Source of the DNA: Raja brachyura
Lineage: Eukaryota
Assembly: GCA_963514005.1 (NCBI GenBank)
Contig: OY740789.1
Span: 41,850,001-41,914,000, forward strand
Reading direction: 5' to 3'
Length of the DNA: 64,000 nt
Both the position numbers and the translations under genes were made by a program. Below, one piece after another: positions 1 to 12,612 of this stretch (its first letter is position 1; each line of letters starts with the position of its first letter). A model generated the notes under the pieces. That model ran no database searches. It saw only the letters and a list, made by a program, of their open reading frames with translations, and was not told the DNA's origin.

Positions 1-185
1 TCTGTTCTACATTTTCCTTCATGTTCGTCTCCTTTCATGTCGTGTTCACACCTTGCCCAACCATATCTCTGTGTCTCCCTCTCCCCTGACTCTGAAGAAG
101 GATCTCAACCCAAAATGTCACCCATTCCTTCTATTCAGCGATGCTGCCTGTCCCGCTGAGTTACTCCAGCATTTTGTGTCTATCT
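1..185 (+). mobile_element. Penelope-like element 3' end (pLTR remnant)
   Basis: Same TCTGAAGAAGG...CCC.AAA.GTCACCCATTCC...GATGCTGCCTG..CCGCTGAGTTACTCCAGCATTTTGTG module that follows the GIY-YIG ORFs at 35.4-36.6 kb. Confidence 0.65.
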
Positions 186-337
186 GAAGAGATACTACTA
201 TCTTTTTGAAATTGTGTAATTTGAAATTTCACTTGTTTTGAAATTTAGTGCAGAGGTAGCTCTGCTATTTGCATTTCCAAAACAAGGCATACAACGCAAG
301 CAATGTATTAGGGAAATCTATTTGAATTATGCTGTGA

Positions 338-720
338 GAGGACTGTCTGGAGGAGGCCCACGAGGGGAAGAAGACAGAGTACGAAGAGCTGGTCATAGGC
401 TGCCCATCGAGGTTGGCTGCAGATATTTTTCAGGGCAATCGCTTTACAAAGCCTTGAGTGCACTGGGCATCAACGGAATGGAGAGGAGAAGAGCCATCAA
501 GGACACCACAGAGGCAGTGGAGAAAGCCTCGAGATGGCTCTGGATCGGGAGAGGAAGTCCATGGGGAAGAACGAATGCCACCTGAACACAAGTCGTGGTC
601 TGATCAACCGCAGCTGGGTCACCTGGGTGAGGGTGTCTGATGTTGAAAGATCCGAAACACCCAATGACCCCAGGATACATCACTGATGATGTGTTCAGGA
701 GCATCAATAGATGTATTTTT
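338..720 (+). mobile_element. Hero-type (RLE-encoding) non-LTR retrotransposon 3' fragment
   Basis: Frameshifted EDCLEEAHEGKKTEYEEL / LPIEVGCR...AVEKASRWLW restriction-like endonuclease C-terminus, stop at 583-585, then a structured 3' UTR. Confidence 0.7.
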
Positions 721-1246
721 ATCAATAAGAACACAGCTGTTTACTTAAACAGCAGGTGACCATTGAAACGGACAAGCAGTTGCTTCCATTGAACAATACT
801 TGCACAACAATTCTGTTACGTAATGTAACATACAAGCATATTTTTAGCTTGCAGTAACAAAAATAAATTATTGCTACTGAAAAGACCTTCATTCCTGAAA
901 AATCCTACAGGAACTTCTTTCCCCGACTGACATAATTGTCTTTATATTGCCCTTTCTAAAACATAAGGTTTCTTAGAAATGGAACCATCGCGTTATCGCA
1001 GAAGTGCCTATATTACTTAAATAGAAAGCTGGCAAAAATCCAAATGAATCAGTCAAGTGCAAAAAAGCACATCACTATCCATATTATGGTATTTTGCAAA
1101 AATCCATAAAACTTATCCCCAGTCACCTGGTTAATAATTATCTCTTGATCAACAGCAATAAAAACAAACATCTCTTCTTTGCAGTAGCTTACTGGGTGTA
1201 AATTGGTCAATGCAATTCCCTCATTGTAACATTGTTGCAATTCTTC

Positions 1247-3277
1247 AAGATTCAAGAGAGTTTATTGTAATGTGTCCCAGATAGGACAATGAAATTCTTG
1301 CTTTGCTTCAGCACAACAGAATATAGCAGGCATGAATACAGAACAGATCAGTGTGTCCATATACCATTATATACATACACACATGAATAAATAAAACAGA
1401 TAAAGTGCAAATAAACAGATAATGGGCTATTAATGTTCAGAGTTTTGTTTGAGTTGAGTTTAATAGCCTAATAGCTGTGGGGAAGTAGCTATTCCTGAAC
1501 ATGGATGTTGCAGTCTTCAGGCTCCTGTACCTTCCACCTGAAGGTAGAAACATAGAAAGATAGAAAACATAGAAAATAGGTGCAGGAGTAGGCCATTCGG
1601 CCCTTCGAGCCTGCACCGCCATTCAATGTGATCATGGCTGATCATCCAACTCAGTATCCCGTACCTGCCTTCTCTCCATACCCCCTGATCCCTTTAGCCA
1701 CAAGTGCCACATCTAACGCCCTCTTAAATATAGCCAATGAACTGGCCTCAACTACCTTCTGTGGCAGAGAATTCCAGAGACTCACCACTCTCTGTGTAAA
1801 GAATGTTTTCCTCATTTCGGTCCTAAAGGAATTCCCCCTTATCCTTAGACTGTGACCCCTTGTTCTGGAACAAGGTAGCGGGGAGATGAGTGTGTGGCCA
1901 GGGTGGCGTGAGTCCTTGATGATGCTGCCAGACTTTTTGAGGCAGCGACTGCGATAGATCCCCTCGATGGTAGGGAGGTCAGAGCCGATGATGGACTGGG
2001 CAGTGTTTACTACTTTTTGTAGCTTTTGGTCCTCGGCGCTCAAGCGCCGAACCAAGCCACGATGCAACCGGTCAGCATGCTCTCTACTGTGCACCTGTAG
2101 AAGTTAGAGAGAATCCTCCTTGACATACCGACTGTCCGTAATCTTCTCAGGAAGCAGAGGCACTGATGTGCTTTCTTTATAATTGCATCAGTGTTCTCAG
2201 ACCAGGAGTGATCTTCAGAGATGTGCACGGCCAGGCATTTGAAGCTCTTGAGCCTTTCCACCATCGACCCGTATATATAAACGGGACTGTGGGTCCCCAT
2301 CATACCTCTTCCAAAGTCCACAATCAGTTCCTTGGTTTTGCTCGTGTTGAAGGCCAGGTGATTGTGCTGGCTCCATTTGGTCAATCGGTCGATCTCGCTT
2401 CTATACACTGACTCGTCCTCATCAGTGATACGTCCCACAACAGTGGTGTCATCAGCAAACTTGATGATGGAGTTCGACTATGACCAACTATGCAGTCATG
2501 AGTATACAGTGAGTACAGCAGGGAGTTGCGCACGCAGCCTTGAGATGCTCCCGTGCTGATTGTTATCGAGGCTGACACCTTTCCACTAATTCAAACAATC
2601 CAATTGCAGAGGGATTCACAGAGACCTAGTTATACGAGTTTGATAACCAGCTTGGAGGGGATGATTGTATTAAATGCCGAGCAGTAATCAATGAATAACA
2701 GCCTGATATATGAGTTTTTGTTGTCCAAGTGGTCCAGAGCAGAGTGGAGAGCCAGCGAGATCGCATCCACCGTTGATCTTTTGTGGCGGTAGGCGAACTG
2801 CAGTGGGTCCAGGTTTTTGTCAAGGTAGGAGTTGATTTGCGCCATGATCAACCTCTCAAAGCACTTCATCACTACCGACGTTAGTGTCACTGGTCGATAG
2901 TCATTGAGGCACATCACCTTGCTCTTCTTGGGCACTGGTATGATTGATGCCCTTATAAACAGGTGGGAACCCCAGACCTCAGAAGTGAGAGGTTGAAAAT
3001 GTTCATAAAAACTCCAGCCAGTTGATCCGCACAGGTTTTTAGAACACGACCGGGTATACTATCAGGTCCAGGCGCTTTTCGAGGGTTCACTCCTCTGAAG
3101 GATTTTCTGATGTCGGCCTCTGTGACTGTAATACCATCACAGCGAATAGGGGCTCGAGAAGGCACATCAGTGTTCTCCCTATCAAAGCGTGCATAAAACG
3201 CATTGAGCTCATCAGGGAGTGATGCCTCGCCGACATTCGAGCTATCTCCTGATTTAGCCTTGTAGGAGGTGATTGGC
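1247..3277 (-). mobile_element. Rex1/Babar LINE, 5'-truncated and degenerate, with a nested CR1
   Basis: RT fragments [57 protein letters not shown]; frameshifts; AATAAA plus (TCTTGA) tail. Confidence 0.9.
1548..1871 (-). mobile_element. CR1 LINE 3' fragment nested in Rex1
   Basis: RTRGHSLRIRG...FFTQRVVSLWNSLP; (TTTCTATG)-type tail; 7-bp TSD AAGGTAG at 1541-1547 and 1872-1878. Confidence 0.9.
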
Positions 3278-3839
3278 TGTAACATTCTCACACTGAGAAT
3301 ACAAAAGGAACTACAAGTAGTACTGCTATAACGCACGTGTCCATATTGTGAATTGGATATAATGCAATTGATGAATCAGGGAACATTTGAGGGAAAATGT
3401 TTCTATGTAGCCGTCCCACAGTAATTCGACATCACAGTCTCTTAAGAACATAGTCGGTTTTAATTTTGAAAGACAGCTTTTTTCTGCTTAGAGATTTTCT
3501 GATATTAAAAAGTTCACATTATTTTTGAAAATCCAGCAGAGGACAAAAACCTTTGGTATTGTTTAAAATTCTCCAGCTCTAACCAGTTTTTCCATTGACA
3601 TAACTCATTTTCTAACATCATTTTCTAGAAAAAGAGCTTCTTAGAAACACAACTATCGGGAACTCAAAGCAAATATACACAACTTTTTCAAAATGCAGGA
3701 AGGCAGATTTTTAATAAAAGTATCGGGTAAAATTAATAGACGTTGAAGTGAAAGAGAATTTGTATATTACCATTTACATTACACTATAACATTCCAGTCA
3801 AAATCAACCTGAATATGATTTTATGTAAATAGGCAGTAC

Positions 3840-4043
3840 CTCTTCCTGCTCCTTTTCTTCCGGTGGGTAAGAGCTTCTATGTTCTTCAGAAGTAACTAAA
3901 TTTATGACACTTGTTGAAGGGGAATAACCCAAGTCTTCAGCCTCTTTCATAAATACAGGCTTTTCCTCTTGCTGAATCCATTCCTGATAAACTTTAACAA
4001 CTCTTCTCATGGCTGCAGCTTCACAGATAGGCAGCAGAAAAGC
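3840..4043 (-). CDS. RALGAPA1: RALGAPA1 exon 11 (204 nt)
   Basis: gcttag|[32 protein letters not shown]...EEKEQEE|gtactg. The donor position is less certain because the next exon is outside the window. Confidence 0.88.
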
Positions 4044-4317
4044 CTAAGCGTATGGTAAAATTGAAAAAGTCAATTGTTTTACTGCTCAGGAGGAAATAGC
4101 AAGTAAATAGCTTTGCAGTCTGTTTTCAAAAGTCTAACGTGTTGTTACACATGCTCAATCAATCAGGTTTCAAACAGCATTTATCAACTTCTACTATTTC
4201 AACCTGTTAGCGCCAGTTATGAGCAAGTTTCTTTTTAATTAATTTCTCTGCATTTCAAATAGAAACTGTAGCTGCACCAAAAATTGAGTACCTTCATTCT
4301 CATCATATTCATTCATA

Positions 4318-5625
4318 TCCTTATAACTATAAAACTCCGATTGCACGTGTGTGTGTGTCCACGAAAAAACAACGCGCTAACGGTAATATTTTTACATATT
4401 TGGGTAAAGATTTACCCCCGGAGACTGAAATCACCTTCTCTGAAAATCTTTTGCTTTTTTTCTTGAGTTATTAATGAAAATGTTCACAAATCAGATAAAA
4501 CTTTGAAATCAAAAAGCCTGTTTTTCGCTGATGATGTCACAATGGATCTGCCTGCCTGCCGTCTGCTCGCGCTGCGATTGACATCACCCCCACCCCTCCT
4601 CCCCCCATTATTCAAAAGTCGGCCCGTCGACTGAAGACCAAAGATCATAGCTGAAGACTGCACTGCAAGTGAAGAACGAGCAAGTCGGGCCCTGTACTAG
4701 AGCTCTCGGGTCCGTCTCGGATCGAGTCCGTCTTGGGTCGGGTCCCTCTCCCCTCTCCTCCTCTACCCTTCCCCGGCCACTCTCCTCTCTCCCCCCGCCA
4801 CCTCCTCTCCAGACCTCCTCCCCCCCTCCTCCTATCCCCCGACCACTCTCCTCCCCCCCCCCTCTTTCTCCCCTCCCCTCCCCATCTTTCTCCCCTCCAC
4901 CTCTTTCCCCACCCCCCACCCTTTCCTCCTCCCCCCCCTTCCCAACAGGTCTGCACTTGGTCTAGTAACTATTAAAAGTCTGATCTTGTATGAGGATTTG
5001 TGTGCTTATTTGTTTGCGTGTTATTACATAAACGCCAAAAATCTACGCGGTAACGATAATATTTTTACATATTCCGGTAGACATTTTCCCCATGGAGTCC
5101 AAAATCTACTATCTGAAAATGTCATGCCTTATTTCTCGTCTTATTACTGAAAATGTTTAAAAATATGACAAAGCTTTGAATTTAAAAATGACTGCCTTTC
5201 GCTGATGACGTTAAAATGAGTCTGCTCCGTTCTTCCACGCGCTGCGAGTGACGTCACCCCTCCCGGTTATTCAAAAGACGCAGAAAGAACGAGTAAGTTG
5301 GGCCCTATGCTGGAGACGCTGAGCTCTTGGGTCGCTGTCTCGGGTCGACGCCCGCCTGCGACATCTCTCCCTGCTCCCTGCCCTCTCTCCATGCAGTCTC
5401 TCCCTCTCCCCCTGCCCTCTCTCCCACTGCCCTCTCTCCCTCTCCCCCTGCCCTCTCTCTCTCTCTACCCCCATCCCTCTCCCTCTCCAACCGCACCTGC
5501 GCAGTTGGGGGCTACGCGTGAGTGGATAGGGCGGGGATGGGGTAAAATGAGTGAGTGAATAATATTAATATAATATCAAGGGGGGGGTGGTTAGTGTGTG
5601 TGTGGGTGGAGGTTAGTGTGTGTGT
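4318..5625 (+). mobile_element. Two tandem non-autonomous Helitron-like elements
   Basis: A^TCCTTATAACTATAAAAC 5' end; unit 1 ends ...CACTTGGTCTAG at 4965; unit 2 begins TAACTATTAAAAG and shares the 5' domain. Confidence 0.7.
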
Positions 5626-5872
5626 GACTCCAGCATTTTGTGTCTATCTATGCACTGTACTGTTCTATGCTCTATATGCCCATTACAAGTTTTTGTTTTG
5701 ATACCATTGCTGAGTTCACATTAAAAAGGATCTGTCAACGTACAAGGGAGACACTTCTGCATCTGAGAAACTTGCCAGAATTGGATATTTTTATTTCACT
5801 AAGCTTTTTAAAGAAAATGAATAGAGGTACAAGCCAAACTTTACCAAACCATGCAAATATATTGGAAATTAC

Positions 5873-6109
5873 CTGTCGAAAAACTTCGATAATAAAATTC
5901 ACATTCTCCCGCGAGGAATAAAAAACTTTCCGCACTATTTCCATATCTGTTAGATGCTCTTCATCAACACTACATAGACTAGATGAACTGGGTTCACGCT
6001 CAGTTAAGGTACTGGTGTTTGAATGGGACTGTTCCAGTTCTGTGCTGCCATCTCCAGATTCTGCCCGACACGAGCCCTCCTCCCGAGCAACCAAACCAGC
6101 AGCTGCTCT
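5873..6109 (-). CDS. RALGAPA1: RALGAPA1 exon 10 (237 nt)
   Basis: ctctag|[11 protein letters not shown]...[38 protein letters not shown]...IIEVFRQ|gtaatt. Confidence 0.95.
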
Positions 6110-6220
6110 CTAGAGAATAAAATAATTTCATTTAATAAAATTCCAGTTCACTAATCATTAACAAGAAACAAAATAATATTTACTGATTGAAAGCAATTAG
6201 TTAACATTTTGTTTACAGAC

Positions 6221-6429
6221 CTGAATGTTCTTTGGTACATTTTCACCTTCAATTCCAGGAATCAGAAGGCCTGGATTAGTTTTTGGTTCAAACCAAAAAG
6301 AGACCAACCATCGGATGACAGAAACACGAGCTGACAAAAATGCATCTTTTGTACAATATGTCACTTCATTAGTTTCTGGGTCTTTCTTTGTTATCACATA
6401 ATATGGTTTGGATCGTAATTGTGGAACAT
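6221..6429 (-). CDS. RALGAPA1: RALGAPA1 exon 9 (209 nt)
   Basis: tttcag|[50 protein letters not shown]...PKNIQ|gtctgt. Confidence 0.95.
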
Positions 6430-7026
6430 CTGAAAAAACGTAAATATACCAAAATATTAGTTCAGTGCTAGACGGAGTAGAAAAATGAACCCCAAATAAA
6501 ACTTTGCCACTACATTCCTTCTTCCCTGAATATTGCAAAATAATGCATTAATTCCTTTAAGCGTGTTCCAGTCCTCCAATTGATCTACACACTGCAGCTT
6601 CGTAGTAAAGTACCAGATTTCCATTAACGTGCATGCTAAAAGTAGTGCCTAAATTTTCCTCACCATATTGAAGGAATACTAAACATTCTATACGTGAATA
6701 ACATCTTCAAGTTTCAGACAGCTTTAAGATGATAAAAGAATTTGCCTAAAAAAAAAATCAGTATTTTAAGTGTGAATGTCAGTTTTGAAAGATAACTCCT
6801 ATTATTACCCACAAGTGCAAAAAAATGCCCACGATTTCAGGTAGCTTATTCACATTAATTATCTTCCTTTTCACCTTTGACTTGTTCTCTAACATTTATT
6901 CTCTCACTTCAGTCTTTAACTTCAGATTTAAGACCTACATTCATTTTGATTTATTTTCTCAGTATTTGTTAAAAAAAAATTGCCACGAGGCTTGATATAT
7001 TGCCATATTTTCATTTCATTCTGCTT

Positions 7027-7161
7027 AAAGATAGCGGAGTCAGAGGATATGGGGAGAAGGCAGGAATGGGCTATTGATTGGAGATAATCAGCCATGATCA
7101 CATTGAATGGCGGTGCTGGCTCGAAGGGCCGAATGGACTACTCCTGCACCTATTGTCTATT
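7027..7161 (+). mobile_element. CR1 3' end
   Basis: GGATATGGGGAGAAGGCAGG...GGCTCGAAGGGCCGAATGG..TACTCCTGCACCTATT, homologous to the 1548-1700 copy. Confidence 0.8.
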
Positions 7162-8565
7162 AATCCCCCCTCATCAGCTTCACATTTTGTTCCGATTATT
7201 TTTCTTCCATTCATGGTAAATTCCTCTCAATCTAATATAAACTGAATTTTAAAAATTCCCCTACAAATTTTGCATATTTGATTAAGATTTATTCACTTAT
7301 CAGATTGACACTGACATAGAAAATATTGAATCCGTGAAATGGACAACTTGGACTTCCAGTATTTTACCTTAAGCAAGTCATGATGGCATATGCCATTATA
7401 TTTTTGAAAAGGAAACATTATTTGACACTATTGCACATATGCTGCTGTCTTTATACCTGATTTGAGCAGCAGCAATAATTACTAAAAGTAGGAATCTTAC
7501 AGAAAAGATTTATTCTTCCTTATTCCAGTTATAGCCATAACATTTAAAACAGAAGTGAATCTGCTGTTACTTAATTTCACTACCATCTTTCCTTCTCCCT
7601 ACAAATTTACTGATATAAAATGCAATATTCAATTTACTTTTTAATTTAATTTCTTCCATGCCCCTTCCAAAGTTATCTTAGATTTAAAATTGCCTACGTC
7701 AACAACTAACACAAAATATAAAAGATAAGTACTACAGTGCCAATGTAAACCCATGCAAAATAAATAATACAGAAATTAGGCTCTGATGGGGAGAAACGTG
7801 TCAGTACATGTACCACATCACTGAAAGCTCATGGCACACCTTTGTTCCCGTACATGTGGTTTATTTCGAAAAAACAATTAGAGAAAGGTTTATATTAGAG
7901 ACATACAAATTCCTTATATATCACATACTTGTTTTCAACAAACACCACGCAAGAGCCAAAATAATCTACTTTACAGTGTACAATGCAAGTGATCCTATTT
8001 AGATAGTACTTAGAAAACAAAAATACAATGGGCAGAGTGGCAAATTTCTGCATTGCAGGATTCAATGTCTCCTTAAAGTTAAAAAAAAGAGGATGCCAGG
8101 GTCCTAGAATTCAGTTAAGGTTTTTAAGCAAACTTTAATTAAAATACATTCATAACTCTATTAAAGATCATGGCATCCCAATTTATAGATAAACTACTTT
8201 CCATCAGTTAAAGCAAGTTGTGAATTATAATCTTTACTGGCCTTTAAAAGGAACAAGCTAAATGAGACAGAACTCCTTTCACATATAAAGACAAAATCAA
8301 TCTCAGCAGTAACTCTCATTAAGCAAATGTTTTCTATTTCATTGAAGTAAACCATATCCAAGTGCTATGCTATCTTAAAGTAACAATATCATACAAGATA
8401 GAAGAAAACTAAATCTGACAAAACTAAAGATAAAATATAATTAATATTGCTTAAAAATATTCACTGTTAAATATATCACAATCTAGAGCAGTAATCATCA
8501 CACAAGCCTAGTTCATGCAGATATAGTTTGACAAATAAACAAGAGAAAAAAAACTTTTTTTTTAC

Positions 8566-8704
8566 CAAGAATTGGATTAAATAAACTGGTCTCTCTTGAA
8601 AAATTTGGAAAAATGTGAGGCAGATAGTACTTCATGAAATTTGCAAATAAGAATGCAAACCCTTTCTCCTGATTCCCTTTGTCTTTCCATTCTAATCCCT
8701 TTGC
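8566..8704 (-). CDS. RALGAPA1: RALGAPA1 exon 8 (139 nt)
   Basis: ttacag|[47 protein letters not shown]|gtaaaa. Confidence 0.95.
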
Positions 8705-11167
8705 CTGTAAAGAAATACACAAGATACAACATTTCTTTAATTTTGTTGATATTCATTAATGTAAAGCACACAGAAGATAAAAAGTGGGAGAACCTTAAAA
8801 CTACATCAATGCTATCAAACAAATACTATTTTCATCACAGACCTGACTGGAAATTCCGTAAGAGATGGGCAGCACATATGATTAAGTAAATATAATGGCG
8901 CAAGGTGCACATTTGATTTCAGCACATTTCATCCTAAATTTGTCAACCAACTGTAAAATTTCAGAAGTTGCATATATGTGGCCTTTGTTTAGAATTTTTG
9001 AAAAGCCTGGAGCATGGCAATTCCTCTAGACTCAATAATTCACCGTTGAGAGTCTCTGCTATCTGTTGTTGAGAAAACTCTTAAAATAATTTTTAAAATA
9101 TATATATAGATGGTAGGACACTAGACACTTAAAAGCCTTTGGGCTGGATTCTGGGTTCACAACACAGCTAACCTTGAAGAAAGCAGCCCACAATGATCTA
9201 ATAATTTCTACCAAATGCTAGATGGTGACAAGCATGGTTCCATAGACTTTACAGGTTATCTCGCAACTGTTTCAACTGCCAAATCAAGAAAGGGAAGAAA
9301 AATTAAAATTTGCTAAAGGGATTTTATGGAAAGTATGAACAATGGACAGAAACAACAGGACAGAAACTAAAATGATTTGTAATATATGAAATTTATAATT
9401 TGTTAAAGATTGGAATTTTCCCAGCAGTATTTACTATTATCATTTAGACATCATGCAAGCACATGATGAAGAATATTTTATACCAAGCTTAATTTAAGGA
9501 TTTATCAGGGTAGTGGAAAGGCAGAATACTGAAGCGGACAGAGGATGACAACTTAATGTGTTTGTATTAAAATATGCATGTGTGGTTATTCTAAAGTTGT
9601 TGACAGTTTTATCTGCAGTGAGGGCGAATATTACTAGTTTTGTTGTAAATACATAAAATCCAGGCATCAAATTTTATTTCTAAATATTTGTAAATAAACA
9701 TTTTAATAATTTTTTTAGTTATGCAAATACAGTAAACCCTTGTTTTAATGGACCCCTCTACAACGGATTTTGTTATAGCGGACGGACTTGCCGACACTAC
9801 ATTGGCCTGCACTGCCAGCCCAGCCCCGGCTTCTGGCGCCACTTTGAGTCGCAGGGTACACAAGTGTGCCCTTTCTCACCCACCGCATTGATGCGGCGGT
9901 TGTTGCGGCCTAGGTTCTAGCTCCTGGGGACAGCGCTTTATTCAGGCTGCTGCCACTTGCACGATACACTCGGTCAGTGTGAGGCTCCCTCCCCTCTCAC
10001 CAGCTGCCGTTTCTTTGTGTTGGCCTGTCGCTGTGCATTTAAAAACCACCACATCTGCACGGCTTCTTGCCAGATTCCACATATTTGGGATATGTAAATA
10101 TACTGAAATAAAAACTTTTCAAGAATTGCGGGAGAGGGTTAGAACACTTGCCATATCCAGCACAAGTTTTGTAAATTTTGCACTTGGATAACTGACAGTA
10201 TCCAAAGTAGATGCACCAGGTCCAAATATTTCTTCTCTTGACACTTCTACTTTTGGAAATGTACTTGACTACAGATGGAAATTTCCCCCAAATTACTTCA
10301 TTTGACAGCACCAATTAACTGGCTTACAGATCCACATTTTATTTCGCTGTGTTGGCAGTTCTGTACACATCTGCTGATATTTCACAGCATACGTGCCAGA
10401 TACTTTTGGGGCTCCGATGCAAATACAGAAATTCCAAACTTATAAGCAGAGTTCCAATGGCAATTTATCAGTTAAGCTCTGCTACTGGAAGCATGGCAGA
10501 GCAGCAGCCTGCTGAGATAAGGCCGCGAATGTGATTTTGGATAATGTGCCACGTTAGGCCAGATGCAGAGTTCGTGAGACCGCTGCTTTGAATGAAGATT
10601 GGGGGGGCTGCAGTGTAGAAAATATTCACTAAAATAAATTAAAAAATAAATAAATGCTGGAAATACTAGAACATTAGGAGAGAGAAATAGAGTGAAAATT
10701 CCAGGTCAATTCCCCTTCATCAGAACTAGAGAGAAAGTAGATTTATTTTATAAAATTTTCTTATGCAATTTAAAATTTTAGAAAGACGACGTATTTTAGA
10801 GATTTTAAAATGACTTAATTAGAATTGAAATTGTTAAAAAAAACTTTTATGAGAATGTTCAAAACCATTTTTGAAAAATTAGTCACTGCTCAAGTCTGGA
10901 GAAGATGCATTCAATGTGGGTATCGAGTGCAGGCTGCAGTCCCCAGTCTGGAAGGTTAGGGACACTGCATGCTGGCATTATCAAGCACAAAACAATAAAG
11001 AGACTATAATAGCTTAGGTTATTCAACAGATCTTTTGAAAGTATTTGAAAGATTTACTTGGCTCAATGGGTTTCATGACCTTACTTCAGATGCATAACCC
11101 ACTGACATCAAAAACTTTTAAAAAAAATGTTCAAGACATTCAAGAGCTCACTACATTAGAGAAATAA

Positions 11168-12012
11168 TGTAGGTGGGGGTCGGTGAGGGCGCTGCGAGTC
11201 GGCTGCCCTGAAAGCAGCGTGTTCGTCATTTCTGCTTTTTTTGTTTTTTTTAGTGTGTCCAAATGTGTTTTAATGTCTCTTGGTATGTCTTGCGTGGGGT
11301 GTGGTGAGGGGAGGGAAAGGGGGGGGAACCGCGTTCGGTTGCCTCCTCCACGGAGAGGTGACTTTTTCCACCCTCGCGGTCCAACACCATGGATTGGTGC
11401 GGCCTTTCCCAGAGTAGGGCCCTTGCCGCAGTCGCCAGAAGGGAGTGCTCTGATCGGTGGCCAGCTGCTTATAACATCCTGAACCGCGGTCTACAGAACT
11501 TCTAGCCGTGAGCGCTGCGTCCGGAGCTTCGGACCCCTCATTAGGGTTCACCGGAGAAGAGCTCCGATCGCCAGCCCGCGGCCAATAACATGCTGAAGGC
11601 GCTGTCTGCGGAGCTTCTAGCCCTGCGCGCGGCGTGGTCTTTACATCTGGAGTGGGATCACTCGCCGGGATCCCAGGAGAAGAGGTCCGACCACCGGCCT
11701 ACAACATCCTGAAGCCGCTGTCTCTGGTAGAGAAATGCCGATTCGGGATTTACCGTCACGACAAGAGGGCCTGTACATCCGGCCGCCCGCAGCAGCGACT
11801 GTGGAAGTTTATGGCCCCGACCACGGGGGAACAATGGAGGAGGACTGACTGTACTTTGTGCCTTCCACCACAGTGAAGAATGTTGTGGTGGACGTTTGTG
11901 TTAAATTTTATTGTGTATTGTGTGTTCTTTTTGATTGTACCACTGCTGGCAAGTTCATTTCACTGCATTTTATTGTGTATGTGATGAATAAAAACTGATT
12001 GATTGAATGATT
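11168..12012 (+). mobile_element. Non-autonomous CpG-rich retroposon with LINE-type 3' tail
   Basis: Internal subrepeats (ACATCCTGAA.CCGC); ends ATTTCACTG...AATAAAAAC(TGAT)n; possible TSD GAAATAA at 11161 and 12013. Confidence 0.6.
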
Positions 12013-12496
12013 GAAATAAAAATATAGCTAGAAATCATAATGTACACACCGTTCCTTCCCTAACCTTGCTACAAAAATCTACAAAAGATTCCTAACCTTT
12101 CATCCTCCACTCCTTTTAAAGCATTTCTAAAGATGGAGACTGGTCACTGACAAAAAAAACCCCTCCCTTTCTATGGGCTATTCCAGTGTTTCTTAAAAAG
12201 AACAGAATGCATCAGCAACGGGGAAGAGAACTCAACAGAGTGTTTGGGAGTGAAAGAAAGATGTTTGCCAAAAAGTGATACTTAGACTAACACTCACAGA
12301 TATCGGGGTTCAATTTGCCTACTCGTGGCTTCTGTATCTTTAAAGAGGAAAACTTTAAAAAGGAAGTTTAAATGAAAACAAATCCAGGTAATATTGATAA
12401 TTGACAAAAGGAAATCCAGGAGTTAGTGTAGTAGTAGAAACAATATGCATTTGGCCCCTAACAGGGTTAGTCAGGTTAGTACAATAAAGCGTCTAC

Positions 12497-12612
12497 CTGG
12501 ATTACCATATATTTTAGCAGAGCGTCGAGAAAGTAGCTTGTAAGATCATCTTGTCCTTTATCTCCTGATTGTGGGGGTACAAGAGGAGTGATTTCTTCTG
12601 GTGTGACTTGTG
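12497..12612 (-). CDS. RALGAPA1: RALGAPA1 exon 7 (116 nt)
   Basis: tcacag|[39 protein letters not shown]|gtagac. Confidence 0.95.

Noticed and set aside
3804-3839. Alternative exon 11 donor at 3809 (TCAG|gttgat)
   Set aside because: It changes the phase relative to the 3840 donor and cannot be tested without exon 12.
4608-5558. Gly/Glu- and Pro/Ser-rich ORFs (also at 22055-22807)
   Set aside because: Low-complexity C/T tracts inside Helitron-like elements.
9728-9790. TACAGTAAACCCTTG Tigger/pogo-like end (similar end at about 60410-60431)
   Set aside because: No matching partner TIR nearby; too fragmentary to annotate.
10039-10534. ORFs in intron 7, one frame containing EEIFGP
   Set aside because: Short, no wider homology I can recognise, no clear splice sites; the exon chain 7-8 is already complete.
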